From contig NC_058369.1 in the NCBI RefSeq assembly GCF_018350175.1, positions 1,056,001 to 1,116,000 of the forward strand: 60,000 nucleotides of DNA, given 5' to 3'. Positions 1-12,736 of the stretch are shown here, piece after piece. The notes under the pieces were generated by a model. The model made no database searches and was not told the origin of the DNA. It saw only the letters and a program-made list of their open reading frames with translations. Position 1 is the stretch's first letter. The number at the start of each line of letters is the position of its first letter. Source of the DNA: Felis catus. Lineage: Eukaryota. A program made the translations under genes and the position numbers.

Positions 1-379
1 TGGACATGGGCATTTGACATCTGGCCACACCTGCCACCCTGGGCCTCCTCCCAGCGCATGTATTTCCGGGGACACCTCTAAGAACACATATCACTGTGCA
101 CTCTTCTCCCACACCTGTGTTACTAAACGGCCCGTCACGAATTGCGGCTGCGCATTTCAGCCCCCACGCCCCCCCCCCAGAGGTGGGCCAGGGCGTCCCA
201 GAGCCAGGGACCACAGGCGCGAAGTCCATGCCCCGAGGGGTGGGGCAGGGGGTGTCGCTGCTGCGGGCTGAGGGGCGCCCGACTCCCCCGCCTGGGTCTT
301 CCCTTGCGGGCCCGCGGAGGACTGCAGGTGGGGAAACAGCCGGCCCCCCTTTGGGAAAGTGAAAGTCGGAATCGAGGCT

Positions 380-970
380 GTCTCGGAGTGCACGGGGCAC
401 AGGAGCGGGTGAGCGCGGGGCCGAGCCTCGGGCAGGGCGCTCGGGTGCCAGGGATAATGAGTGGGGACCCTGCGGAGCTCCCTCTGCTCGTCCCGCCCCT
501 GCCCACGCGATGACCCCGCCGACCCGCCGGCTCCACCGCAACTCGGGCGCGCTCCGGGCCGCGTCTACACCACGGGGCTTGGCCTGGGAGTTAGAGGTGG
601 CCCGGCCCGGGCGAGGGGTAATTAGGCGCCGGCCGGCCGAGAGGCCTTTAGTTCCGGTCGCTGCGCAAATGAAAAGCGGTTAAGTGGCGGCAAATCGCGG
701 CGCTTACGGGGAGGCAGCGGGGCGCGTCCCCCTCCCAACCACGCCGCCCGGCACGCCAAGGCCTGGAGCCGCTCCAGGTGCCCCGACCCGCTCCCCAACC
801 CCCCCCCCCCAATCTGGACCCCGCGGGGAGGACTCACCGCCCTGCCGTGCGCTGCGCTCTGGCCAGGCCACCCGTCCCCCCCCACCCCAACCCCCCTGCC
901 GCCGCCGCCGCCGCCGCCGCCTCTCCCTGTGGTGCCCCCCGGGGGACCGCCCCCGCCGGGCTCGGAGGGA
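380..970. promoter_or_regulatory. CpG island in ONECUT3 intron
   Basis: High CpG density, (GCC)n run at ~897-920, embedded TAATTA. Confidence 0.6.
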
Positions 971-3900
971 GGAAGACACACGCAGACAGACGGACACAGA
1001 GAGGCAGAGACAGGTAGGGAGAGACAGAGTGACAGAAACAGAGGGGAGAAAAACCAGAGAACTGGAGACAGAAAGAGAAACAGAAAAGGGATGCGGAGAG
1101 AAAAAAGACAAAGAGAGAGAGGCAGAGAAGGGGAGATACTGAAAAGAAGCCGGGAGAGCCCCCCAGGGCAGCTGAGCCGGGGAGGGGGCCCTTAGCCTGC
1201 GCGTCTCCCGGCCCACCCTCCCAGCTCCCCACCTCCCTCCTTCCCAGATCCGGGGCCCAGGGGACAAGGGGTGGCGTCTTTGTTTCCGGGAAGCACCTAA
1301 GGAATCTGGCTGCGTGGCCCTCAGGGGCCACCCCACTGCCCTATGCCGGCCTGCTCTGGGTGCCTCAGTTTACCCATCTGTCAAATGTGTGTGCGCTGGA
1401 GGGGCCAGGTTCTGGGTCTAACATTCTGAGATTCTGGGACCCGCTGGTCCCGGCAAGGCCCATCCTGCAGGACCCTAACCCCACGGCTGCCGGGCCGGCC
1501 TCGTCTTCCCAGCCCACACCAGGGTCCTGGGAGCACGAGGCTTGGGGGCTGCCTCCTCTTGGAAGCCTCCCAGGCTCTGACTCCAGCAGTAATTGTGGGA
1601 GAGGGACTGGGGGTGGGGGGGAGGGGACTCTCGGCTGGGGCGGGGTGGTCGATGAATTCGAATTACCGTCTCTAATTCATCACCGCCGCCGGTCGATAGC
1701 TTCGGCCTTCTTCAAATATTGTTTAAATTGCAACTCTGGAGGAAAAGTATTTTTTGTAACTGATCAGAAAACATATATATAAAATAAATATTAGAAAGAG
1801 GCGATTGGAAAAGGGTCACCCTCCTCCTTCTTGCCTCACTGGTGAGCCAGGTGCCCAAATCCTGAGGGCTGTTGGAGGCCAGCATGGGGGAAACTGAGGC
1901 AGGAAGGGACCCATTTCTGGAACCAAGTTGCTGATGGCACGTGGCCGGGGCTGGGGGTCTGGAGGGGACGGTCATGGACAGGAAAAGGCAAATCAGGCCT
2001 CCATCCAGGCTAAGACGGGCACTTCGCGCCCCCAGCCTCCTCCCCCACTCTGCCACCACCATCCCAGACCGGTGCGGGGGCGGGTGGGGCTGGGCGGGGT
2101 CTGAGCCTGAAGGAACCCAGCCCCAAAGGTCAAGGGTCCAACCGAGAGTCCCAGTGGGAGGGATGGCTGTGCAGCTTCTGGGACGACCCCCGCAGGACCC
2201 CTACCCCTTTCTGTAAAATCCTCACCTTGAACCCCAAGGGGTCCACATCTCTTCCAGACTCCCCCAAGACATCCCAGCAGAGGACTTGGAGACCTGGGCC
2301 TCACCTGGGCTCCCTCACAGACTGGTGGGGTGGGGGCCTGAGGCTCAGTTTCCTCATCTGAGAAATGGACCTAGGAAGTGCTTGTTGAGGCTTTTTCATC
2401 AACCACGCCCTGCGGAGCCCCTCAGGGTGCATTCACAGACCCTGCACCCTGAGGCCACCTTGCCTGATCACCCCCACACCCACTTCTCATCTTCAGGGGA
2501 CCCCACGGCAGCCTGTGATCTGGGGGGTGCAGGAGAGTGGGCAGGGAGTGCGGGACACTGTCGCCCCCCACAGGGATGCAGGAGAGCGTGTCTGGGATTG
2601 TGTATGGCACAGCCCAGTGAGCTCTGTGTCCCCCCACCCCAAACCAGGCCCTCCTTCCACCCCAAGACTCGGCTGGGACAGCCCCAGGACCCCACCCAGC
2701 TTAAGTGATTCTGCGCCCTCACAGCAAGGCGAGGCAGAGAGGAAGGAAGGCCACTGCCAAAGCCACACACCGTTCCAGCAGGAGGGGGAACAGACCCGGC
2801 TTCCCCAGCAGTAAACGGGGCTGGGGGGGGGCGGGCTGAGCCTGGAGGGGCTGAGATGCCCCGGCTCCCACCTCCTGCAAGTGGGGGGACATTCCAAGCA
2901 GGTGGCCTGGAGGGGCAAAGGCTCAGTGGACCGAGGCAGAGGAGGACAGCGGGATGTCCCTCGAGGTCACGGCAAGCTCCAGGCGATACGCAGCGTGGAT
3001 GGCCCTCGGGCAGGTGGACAGCGGGTGCTGCCCTTCTCCTTCCAGCTCCTCTGAGGGTGACAGGGTCCTGGCCCACATGAGCCCCCCAGGGAGGGTGTGT
3101 GGACACCGGGTCCCAGCCTCTGCCTCTCCTGCCCCGGCGCCCCCCTCGCTGAAGCCGGCCCTCAGGGTAAGCCTGGGCCCAGCAGTGCATTTCCAGCCCT
3201 CCCTGAGCCCTAAGCCCAACCTTGCAAGACAGGGACAGTCACCCGCATGTCACAGTTGGGCACACAGACGAGTCTGCAGGGTGAGGGCCTGGAGCTGGGC
3301 TTCGATTCCTTTTTTCTGAAGTCCCAGATCTGGCCATTCTCACCCCTCACTTCTCTCCCGTTCCTGGGATTCTTCCCTATCAGCCATCACCACTCTAGTC
3401 TGAGCGATACACCGCCAGCCCCGCTCCCTCCTCCTCCCCCTCCTCCTCCTCCTCCTCTTCTCCTCTGGTCTCCAGGCTTGGCTCCCATCCCTGGTGTGCT
3501 CTCTCCTTCAAAGCTGGAGGGGGTTTTTACCACCACTTTGGAGTTCATCCAGCCTGTGCATGCATGCTGCCACGTAGCCTCCCATTACCCCTAAGATGTA
3601 GCCAATAGAGGAGGAGGCTCCCGGAGGCAGGTGCCCTGACCTCAGGCTCCTGGAACCTCGTGGACAAAGGACGGGAGGTGGGGAAGCCCAGAGTGGCTGC
3701 AAGGAGCCCCCGGGCCCGCACAGCTGGCCTGTGTCTTTGTATGTAGCAGCGAGCCCAGCTTAACAGGGGAGCCCGAGCTGGTTTGAATCAAGTTTTTAAT
3801 TAAATATGGCCCTTGATCAATAAGGAAGGCAGCGCTAGTGGGGGAGGGGGAGGCTAGGCCAGGAGCCAGGGGCTGCCTGGGAGACCCACGGGACCCTGGG

Positions 3901-6900
3901 CGGTTTGGGGCACCTGTGGCCTCAGTTTCCCCTCTGCCAAGTAGGTGTAGGTGTGGGTGGGGTTAGGAGGCCTAACCTCCTGCCGGCGGTGGACTCTTGC
4001 CGTGTGGACGGATGTGGGGAGTTGGGGGGCCCCTTAGATCCGAAGAGTCAGAGATTCACAGCAGACGGAGGTAGGGGCAGGGAGACGCGCCCAGGACTGG
4101 CGCAGACTTCGGAAGGGACGTGCGGAGGCACAAACGTACGTGCGCACGGGGAGGCAGTGGAGACGTCCGCGGGAGCAGGTGTAGACGTGCACATCCACAG
4201 TAAGAAACGCGCGCGGACTCTGGCTCAGGAGCCCCATCGGTCTTCGAGCTCAGATCTGGCCTAATGGGGTGGCCCGCAGCAAGGGACCTCTCTCTCCCCA
4301 GACACCTGTGGGGGCCACTGGGCGTGACCCACGCGCCCCCAGCGGGGCTTGCTGGAGCACCTGTGTCTCTTGCATCTACACAGTCACCAAGTCCGACTCT
4401 ACTCCCTAGTGCTCGGGGATTGAGAGGGTCGCATCCATCTACACCGATGGAGGAGGGTGAACCGGGCGGGGGCGGGGGCGGACGGCAAGGGTGGACGCTT
4501 CTCCTAAACCCCGGGTGCGCATCCACAAGCGCTCATGCGTTGGAGATGTCAGGGCCTCAATTTCCCCCACCAGGCGAACGCGCCCCTCATTGCCTGGGGA
4601 GCCAGCCTCTGCGATGTGCCGCATTGGGCACATCTGTCCTCGGCGGCGGGGTGGGGATCACTTTCCCCTGCGCTCATCCCCTTCCCCGAACGGAGACTGG
4701 AATCCCTAGGCCGGTGGGAGCGCACGAATCGGATAAAGAAACCTGCGCAGTGGGAGCGACCACAAAGCCACTGCTCTGACCCTCGCTCCCTTCTGTGCCC
4801 CCCGCCTCTTAAAAATGCTGTATTACCATTTCCAACAGTGGACACAGTCGCCTGGTTCCTAATTTTTACGGAACAAGAAGGCACCGTCCAGTCCCACCTT
4901 CCTGCAAACCTTTCTCCTCCCGGAGAGACCGTGCGTTTGATCCTGCGCGGCAAGCACTCCTTCTGTTCATTGTCCTTCTCCTCTTTAAACACCCCCCCAC
5001 TGGGGACACACACACCCCCCTACACACACTGGAAAGCCCGGTTCTGCCTTGCTTCCGCCCCATGACATCAGGAACATTCCCTATCAGGAAACAGTGGTCA
5101 TTTTTTCTGGCGGTCTCCCCTCTCCCCTTGCCGGCCCGCTGGTGAATGCGTGGGGGGGTTGGGGGACCATGTTGTGCGGGTTGATCTGTAGATTAGCTTC
5201 CTAGTTGCTCCGGGCTTGCCCCCCCTCCGGGCTTGGCATCCCTGTTCTTTCTTATCAATGGTTCCCTTCCATCATTTTTTTCAAATCCATTTCCAACTCT
5301 GCCACGGTGACTTCTTAACACTTTTTAAACATCAGAAGCTCTGTGAGGTTGGGTACGGGGTGTGTGTGCCCACGCGCTTCGCCCCTGTCTGAGGGTGTCT
5401 GAATGGGGGGGGGTCTCCAGGACTGAAGGTCCAAGGGTGAGCCGCCCCTAGATACCCCAGCTCCCCAACCCCAGGCAGTGGGGCCCCCCCCTCCAGATGG
5501 AGCCCCCGGCGGGCAGCCCAGAGTCCCTGTGGAGAGGCTCCTTTCCCTGATAAGTCTTTGAAAGGTTCAGAACTAATTTGAAAACGTGGCCATTAAAATC
5601 CCATCTGGGGGAGCCCGTAGGGAGGGAGGGAGGCGAGGCCTCTCCGGAAGGCTGGGCGCCAGCCAAGGTGAGTCCAGAGGCCTGGAGGAGAGGTGTGTGG
5701 GGACAGACGGGAGGGCAGGGGCCTGGCTCAGCCCCGGCTCCTTGGAGATGACTCTGTGCCCCACCGTGGGAGCCCCTTTCTGGCCCCCTCAGGGGTACGG
5801 GGTGCAGATAAGGAGGGTCAGTGTGTGTTCCAGGCCCCCCTCGGCGACTCGCTGTGTGACCTTGGGCACATCATCCACCATCTCTGGGCTGGGAGGCCGT
5901 GGGGGATGCTCAGGGCAGCTCAGCCCAGTGGGGACAAGCCACCAGGGTGGGGGCACCACTGCTCTCCGCAACTGGGGCCCGGGAGGCTGGCGGCTGGGGC
6001 GGGACGCATGCGTCGCCAAGGAAACCGGTCATCATCCCAGCCGGAGACCGGCTCCGTGTTGAATTGTCTGCTCCATGAGGCCAGAGCTGAGCACGGGAGG
6101 TGGCCAGAGGGGAGGGGACGGCGGGCTCCAGCTCCCGCTCCCACACCCCCCACCCTGTGCCCAGGTGGACAGGCAGTGGGGGGGTGCAGACACCCGGTGC
6201 AGGGGAGGGAGCCCACGAGAGCGTCTTAGTTGTTGCTGACAGTGTGACTGACACGGAGGGACCAGGACAGTCATTCAGGTGCCAAGCTGTGGCACCACGA
6301 TCCAAGTGTCGTCTCCGTCCAACCAGCCATCCAGGTGCCGCTCTGGCGCATTTCTCTTCTTGGCTTCACTGGACGCCCCCCCCCCTTCCCATCCAAGACC
6401 AGCCTGCATACGCAGCTCTGTCCCCACTTGGAGGCGTTCTAGAACCCAGCTGGGCTCACATCTCCCCCCCACGCCTCCCCGCACCCTTACACCCCTCCAC
6501 CCCTCACTGCCCAGAGCCGGGCGGCCAGCGCCCTGTTCCGGAACAAAGTTGCCCCGGCTTTCCGGTGATGCATGGGGTTCCACCTCAGGGAGGCTGTCCC
6601 CAGATGCACCGCCGGGCACACAGTGGGTGCTTGATGAACGCAAGTGGCACGCGGGGGAGGAAAGGGTCCAGGGCGCAGCCTTGGCACCCACGTGGACCCC
6701 CCTGAGCACAGTGGGACCGCTCCCTCCCACCGACCGAGGACATCAGGATCACGGGTGGCTGCACGCGCTCCATCAACCAGGAGAGCAGTGTCCACGGAGC
6801 ACCTGTTCCAGGCCCCCTGTCCCCACTGGCTGGGACTGGCAAGGTGTGGGTGGGCAGCCGGGACCGGGCAGGTAGACAGTCCTGAGCCTCTAGATGGTCC

Positions 6901-9900
6901 CGGGGCCGGGGGGGCTGCATCCCACCTACCTGGACACACACAGTGAGCTTCCCCCGGGGGGCCACCCGGCCACGGCTTATCGCGCCCCCGCCTTTCGTGA
7001 CCCTCCCGTGCACAGCGTCCCCTACGCCCCCGTGGCCAGCTGCAAGCGACCGTCACGGCGATGTCTGCTGTGCCCTCATCTCCCTTGAGGCCCACGGACC
7101 CACACCCCCTGGGGCTCACCCCTCCCGCACCCCTCCAGATACCCACACCACCGCCCACATTGCTGCCTGTCGCCCCAACGGCTCTGGCTGGGGTCACAGG
7201 ATGTCCCGGTCATTCACGCTCCCCCCACCCCTGGGGTCTGATGGTGTGTGGACGCCCCCCCAACTGTAGCGAAGCGCCAAGAGCCCACACACGGTGCCTC
7301 AACCACACATAGCCCTCCGCCCAGCCGGGACTTTGTGGCAGCCCCACAGGGGCCACAGGGCACCCCAACAGGATGTGGGGGGCAGACAGATGCGTGGGCG
7401 TAGTCAGTCCCCCCGAGTCTGGGGATGGCCCAGGACACCCACCGCTGCCCAGCTGCACACCCACACCCAGCGGTCTCTGGGGGGAGGGGGTGGGAGGAAG
7501 GGGGGAAGGGAAGGAGGAGGGGGAGGAGGAGGGACGGGAGGGGGGAGACAAGAGGAGGGAAGTGAGGAGGGGAAGCAGGGGAGGGGAGGAGAGGGAGGGA
7601 GAGGAAGGAGAGGGAGGCCATGGGATGGGGGGAGGAGGAGAGAGGGAGAGTAAGAGGGAGCAGGGAGAGTGTGTCTATCAGGAGATGGGGGGGCGGCGAA
7701 CAGGTGGGATCCCAGATCCTTCCCATGTAGACTCTCTCCCATCCACTGAGGGGTGACTGAGTCCGGGGCCCGGCTGCCCCTCCCTGACTTGGGGAGGGTG
7801 CTCCGGGGGTCCCACTGCCCCCACTGGCCCACCACCCGCCCAGGAGGGTCACAAGGGACGTCAGTCCCTGGATGAAGACACCCGGCCGGCCGCCTCCCGT
7901 GGACCTACCCTGTGCTGGGCGACAGAGGGGACTCCAGGTCAGGCTTGGCCCCCAAGGTCAGGACTAGGGGCCCTGGGGAGCATGCCAGGCTCTGCTGGGG
8001 GTGGAGAGAGGGGCTTCCTGGCAGAAGGGCCACTGCTGCTGGTCCCTGACGTATGTGTAGGAGTGCTCCGGCCGGGCAGCCCAACTCTCTCTCCCTTGCC
8101 TCAGTTTCTCCATCCCTGCCTTCCCCCGGAAGATTTCAGGAGAGGTGCAGAGGGCAGACCTGACATGGCAGGGGGAGACTTCATGGCCACGTAATAAGTG
8201 GAGCCCAGAGGGGCTCCTCCCAGGAACCCCCCAGATGGGAGCTGGGAACCTCATCTCAGCGTCTCAGCCCCGCCATGATATTCAAGACTTTTCAGCTACG
8301 TCTTTTCCCATGGCTGGGCAAGGCAGGAGGGAGAAACTGAGGCACAGAGGGCTGACACCGTGCGATACTGCAGGGGTGGCAGGGTTTGAGGGCCCTCTTG
8401 GCCCATGGAGGGGTCCCAGCAGCGGGAGGATGTGATCTGCTGACCCCAGCACTTCCTGGGGAGGCAGGAGGCAGGCAGAAGTGAGGTGCTAAGAGGGGTT
8501 CCAGGGGGTCTGAAATGAGGGTCCCCCCCAGTTCACCCTCCTTTGCTCCCACCTAGACGTGGACTGGTGGGGCCTCCCCCCTCCTACCTGGAGCCCTGCC
8601 CGGGGCTGGGGCTGGCCCGCTGAGGACAGGGCCCTTCTCGGTTCACCTGCTGGGACCCATGAGGGGCTCAGACTTGGGAGCGGGCTCTCAGTCTCCTCTC
8701 CTCGACCGACCGCCTCTGGTCTTTTCCCAGGGCCGCCAGGACCTCCCAGGAGCCAGCCCCAGACCCTCCTGGTGCCTGGGCTCCAGAAAGCACCAGACGT
8801 GCTAAGATCAGAGCATCTCAGAATCAGTGTTCTTAATATCAGTTTCTCAGTTCCTGGAGGCGTGGAGGGCTGACCCGAACCCACATTTTGAGGGGGCCCC
8901 TGTGTAGAGTGGGGGAATCATCATCGTAATGCTGTGAAAAACACAACGGAAGGGCTGGGCAGTGGAGGAGATGGGAAGAGAGAGGTGACAGGGTGGGGAG
9001 GGGAGGGGCTGAGTGAGGTGGGAGGGGAGAGGCCGCCGAGGGGACTCGGGGCTGGGTCCTCCGGCTACCTACGAGGTGGCGGCCCCTGTGACGGGGCTCA
9101 GCGGTGTAGACCAGGAAATGGGAGGAGGCAAGGGCGCAGGTGAAGCCAACAGGAGGTGAGAGGGAGGGATGGCCATGACAAGAGAGGGGACGTGGGGGCC
9201 ACCGCAGTGGAGCTCGTGATGGTGGGGCAGCGCCTAGAGCAGGCGAGAGGACCTGTCGGTGTGGTGACGGGAGGCACAGGTGATGGAGGCGATGCCCTGG
9301 AAGAGGTGCTGGTGGGGCGGGAGGTGACGAAGGTGGAAGCCACAGCTGTGGTCCCCAGTGGAGATCATCGCGGAAGAGGTGGCCGTAGCAGTGGCATCGC
9401 CACAGGAGGCTGGCGCTCCTGGGACGTCCGGGCTCCTCCTCGAGGCTCCCCGTCCCCAGCCCTCCTCCGGGTCAGCCCTTCTCTCCAAGCCTGGGCTTTC
9501 GCTTCCGGAAAGGGGCTCATGCCCGCAGCCTGGCCTCCTCTCGGGGAGCCCGGGCGCACAAGGACCGCAGTGGCCTTGGGGGCTGGTGGGGTGATCCCGG
9601 ACACCAGACAGGATGCCGAGGAGGGGAAGGTGGCGGCGGGGAGGGGTGCGCTGATGGGGGGGGGCGCGTCTGGGCTGCCTCCCCCCCCGCCCCCCACCGC
9701 TGGCGCTCACACCTCCGAGCTTCCAGGCTGGGCTGGGGGGCCGCGGGGGATGGAAACCAGGACAAAAGCTGCTCCTGGTAAACAGCTCTGACTGGAGCCC
9801 AGATCGATTGGGGCTGTGAGGAGCTGTAATTAGATTGAACACCGGGAAGGGGGGAGAGGGGAGCCTCTTTTTGCTGTGATCGACAAAACGGGAAGTTTTT

Positions 9901-10197
9901 TCATGACTCTGCTGGGCCTGGCCCCTCCCCCAGCCCCTGCCTCTGGCCCCCCCCCCCCAGGCACTTGATTGGAGCTCGGGGAAGCGGGTGGGAGAGAAGC
10001 AGACTGCCTTCCCTCCCTCCCATTGGGGGGGGGCGGGGCGTCCGCCCGGCTCCTGTCCCGCCCCTGCTGGGCCACCTTGGGCAAGTGGCTTGCCTTCTCT
10101 GAATAAATGAGGAGGACACTCCCTTATGGAATGATCATAAGGATGAAACGACAGGACACATGTAAGGCTCTTGATGTGTAAGCGAGCTTCCTTGCTT

Positions 10198-10290
10198 GAA
10201 GTAAGCTTTAGGCCCAACGCGGGTCTTGAACCCAGGACCCTGAGTTCCAGAGTCGCAGCCTCTACCAACTGAGCCAGCCAGGCCCCCCCC
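10198..10290 (-). mobile_element. Short CAN-SINE (SINEC) copy
   Basis: Reverse complement reads ggggcctggctggctcagttggtagaggctgcgactct...gggttcaagacccgcgttggg (tRNA-derived A/B boxes). Confidence 0.75.
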
Positions 10291-10849
10291 TCTGTGAGCT
10301 TTCCGAGGAGCATTTGTATCTCCGACCCTGCGCGGTAAATGCGTGATGAATTTGTGACTGAACCGAATTAATTAAGTGGATTGATTACTGAATTGGCGAT
10401 TCCGACAGGTGGGCAAGAAAGGGCCTGTTCGGAAACTTAAAGGCCCGAGACTGAGTTTTGACTCTTACCCTGGACTTGACGCCAGAGTCCCAGCTTTCTC
10501 TTAGAGAGAATGGGGGACCTGGGCCCCTCCCTTGACCCTCACAGGGTGGCCAAGTTCCAAGGAGATGGGAGGTCAAGACTGTTCCTTGAACTCCCTTCCA
10601 ACGTTTCATTCTGCCGACCATGAACCCAGGTTCTTGCCCTCATCTTCTATACACAAAGGGCTGCCTGGCACGCCGTTCATCCGCCATGTCCGGCGTCACC
10701 ACCTTTCCGTATCCCCGCCACACGCCTTCCCTGTGTCAGCTTCTCGATATAGCTGCAAACACAGTCCTTTGCCGAAATCAATATTCGGCGTCACATCATT
10801 ATGGTTTCAGGGACTACTGCCCACAGCTGAGCCACACAGACTACTAGGA

Positions 10850-12050
10850 TTGCAACTCCTTTCTCGTACAGCTCTTTGTTTTTCCAGGAGTTAGTGGTTG
10901 CCAATCACAAGTTCTCCCCACACTCCCCAACAAAAATGCAAACCAACTCAATGGGATTTTCTACACATATCAGGTCATGTTCGCTTTCCACTTCCTTTGG
11001 TGCCGGATGGGGCTGCCCTCCGTGTCCTGGGTGCCTTTGTTCCACGGCCTTCTGGGCTCTCCCCTCCTCATCTTCTGGGGGAGCCTCTCCTTGTCCTGTC
11101 ACTTGAGTCACACTTTCCTTTTTACAGAAAAAAATTTTTTTTGACATTTTTTTATTTTTGAGAGAGAGAGTGAGCAGGAGAGGGGCAGAGAGAGAGGGGG
11201 ACAGAGGATCCAAAGCAGGTTCCACGCTGACAGCAGAGAGCCCCAGGCGGGAACTGTGAGACCATGACCTGAGCCAAAGTCGGGGTGTCGAGCGCTTAAC
11301 AGACTGAGCCACCCAGGCACCCTCCCACTTTCTTTCTTTAATTTACCTCCTCGTTTCGGTGAAACTCATCCTCCGGGAGCTTTCTGAGAAAGGGGGCACG
11401 GAAGTCACCTTTTGGAGCCGCCGACTGTCTGACTGTCTTTATTCCACCCTCCTGCCTGGTGTCCGGCCGCGCATACAATTCTAGCTGAATAGAATTTCCC
11501 GCAGATTTTTGGAGGCATCGCTGCACTGCTTCCTAGTTCCTGAGAAGCCCCGAGTGCTCTGACTCGGTCCCTTGCGTGATGTCCGGCCTTCCTCGCTGGG
11601 AGCTGGTACTGGCTTCTCTTTGAGCCTCAGGAATTTCCCCAGGGTGAGCCTGGGGGGGGGGTGTTTCCTCGTCCATGGAGCTGAGCGCCTCTCGGGCCCT
11701 TTCGAATGGGACTCTTGCGTCCTTGAGCGTGGATTTCCCCCCCACGGTCCACTTGCAATGTGTTCCTCTGGTTTGGGACGGCGTCTGAACCTGGCGACGG
11801 GCCTGCTCCGGTCCCCGCTGCCCCTACGACCCACCGTCTTTCCCCCACGTGCCGGCTCTGCACCTGCCTCCTACGTCCAGAGACGCGTGCTTTCGAGGCT
11901 CCCGTCCTCACGTTGACCTTCCAGCGCTTCTATATTAAGTTCTAAGGGCACCCCCTTCCCTCCTCATTGTCCTTTTGGTTGAACAGCAGCCTGTTCTTGT
12001 TTCGTGGGTGCCGGACTGTTCTCTCACCCCTCCCAGAGCGCGTGCGTGTC
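10850..12050 (-). mobile_element. Ancient HAL1/L1-like fragment interrupted by a SINE
   Basis: Resembles recalled HAL1 antisense consensus (tgtctttatt...aattctag...gaagcc...gaatttc...gggcccttt); boundaries approximate. Confidence 0.5.
11135..11323 (-). mobile_element. CAN-SINE (SINEC)
   Basis: Reverse complement gggtgcctgggtggctcagtctgttaagcg..., CT-rich segment and A tail. Confidence 0.9.
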
Positions 12051-12100
12051 AGAGCTGGGCCTGCTCAGTCCGCTTTTTCACCCTCTAGCGCCTCTACCGT

Positions 12101-12736
12101 TCCTCCTCTGTTTTCCTCCTCTGTCCTCTCCCTCCCTCCTTCCCTCCCTCTCTCTCCCTCCCTCCCTCTTTCTCTCCCTCCCTCCCTCCTCTCCCTGTCT
12201 CTCACCCCCTCTCTCCCTCCCTCCTCTCCCTCCCCCTCTCCCTCCCTCCCTTTCCCTTCCTCCCTCCCTCCCTCCCTCCTTCCCTCTCTCCCTCTCTCCC
12301 TCCCTCCCTCCTTCCCTCCCTCTCCCTCTCTCCCTCCCTCCCTCCCTCCCTCCTTCCCTCTCTCCCTCCCTCCCTCCCTCCTTCCCTCCCTCTCCCTCTC
12401 TCCCTCCCTCCTTCCCTCTCTCCCTCCCTCCCTCCTTCCCTCCTCTCCCCCTCTCTCCTTCCCTCCCTCCCTCCTTCCCTCTCTCCCTTCCTCTTTCCCT
12501 CTCTCCCTCCTTCTCTCCTTCCCTCTCCCTCCCTCTTCCTCTTCCTCCCTCCCTCTCTCCCTCTCTCCCTCCCTCCTTCTCTCCCTCCCTCCTTCTCTCC
12601 CTCCCTCCCTCCTCTCCCTCCCTCTCTCCCTCCTTCTCTCCTTCCCTCCCTTTCCCTCTTTCCCTCCCTCCCTCCTTCTCTCCCTCTCTCCCTCCTCACC
12701 CTCCCTCTCTCCCTCCCTCCCTCCCTCTCTCTCCTC
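12101..12736. repeat. ~630 bp polypyrimidine (TCCC/TCTC/TTCC)n tract
   Basis: Almost purine-free on the + strand. Confidence 0.95.

Noticed and set aside
9098..10313. 359 aa minus-strand ORF and a Thr/Ser-rich ORF
   Set aside because: The long ORF starts at the edge of a SINE and crosses MIR-like and decayed (GGT/GAT)n low-complexity sequence; no domain signal
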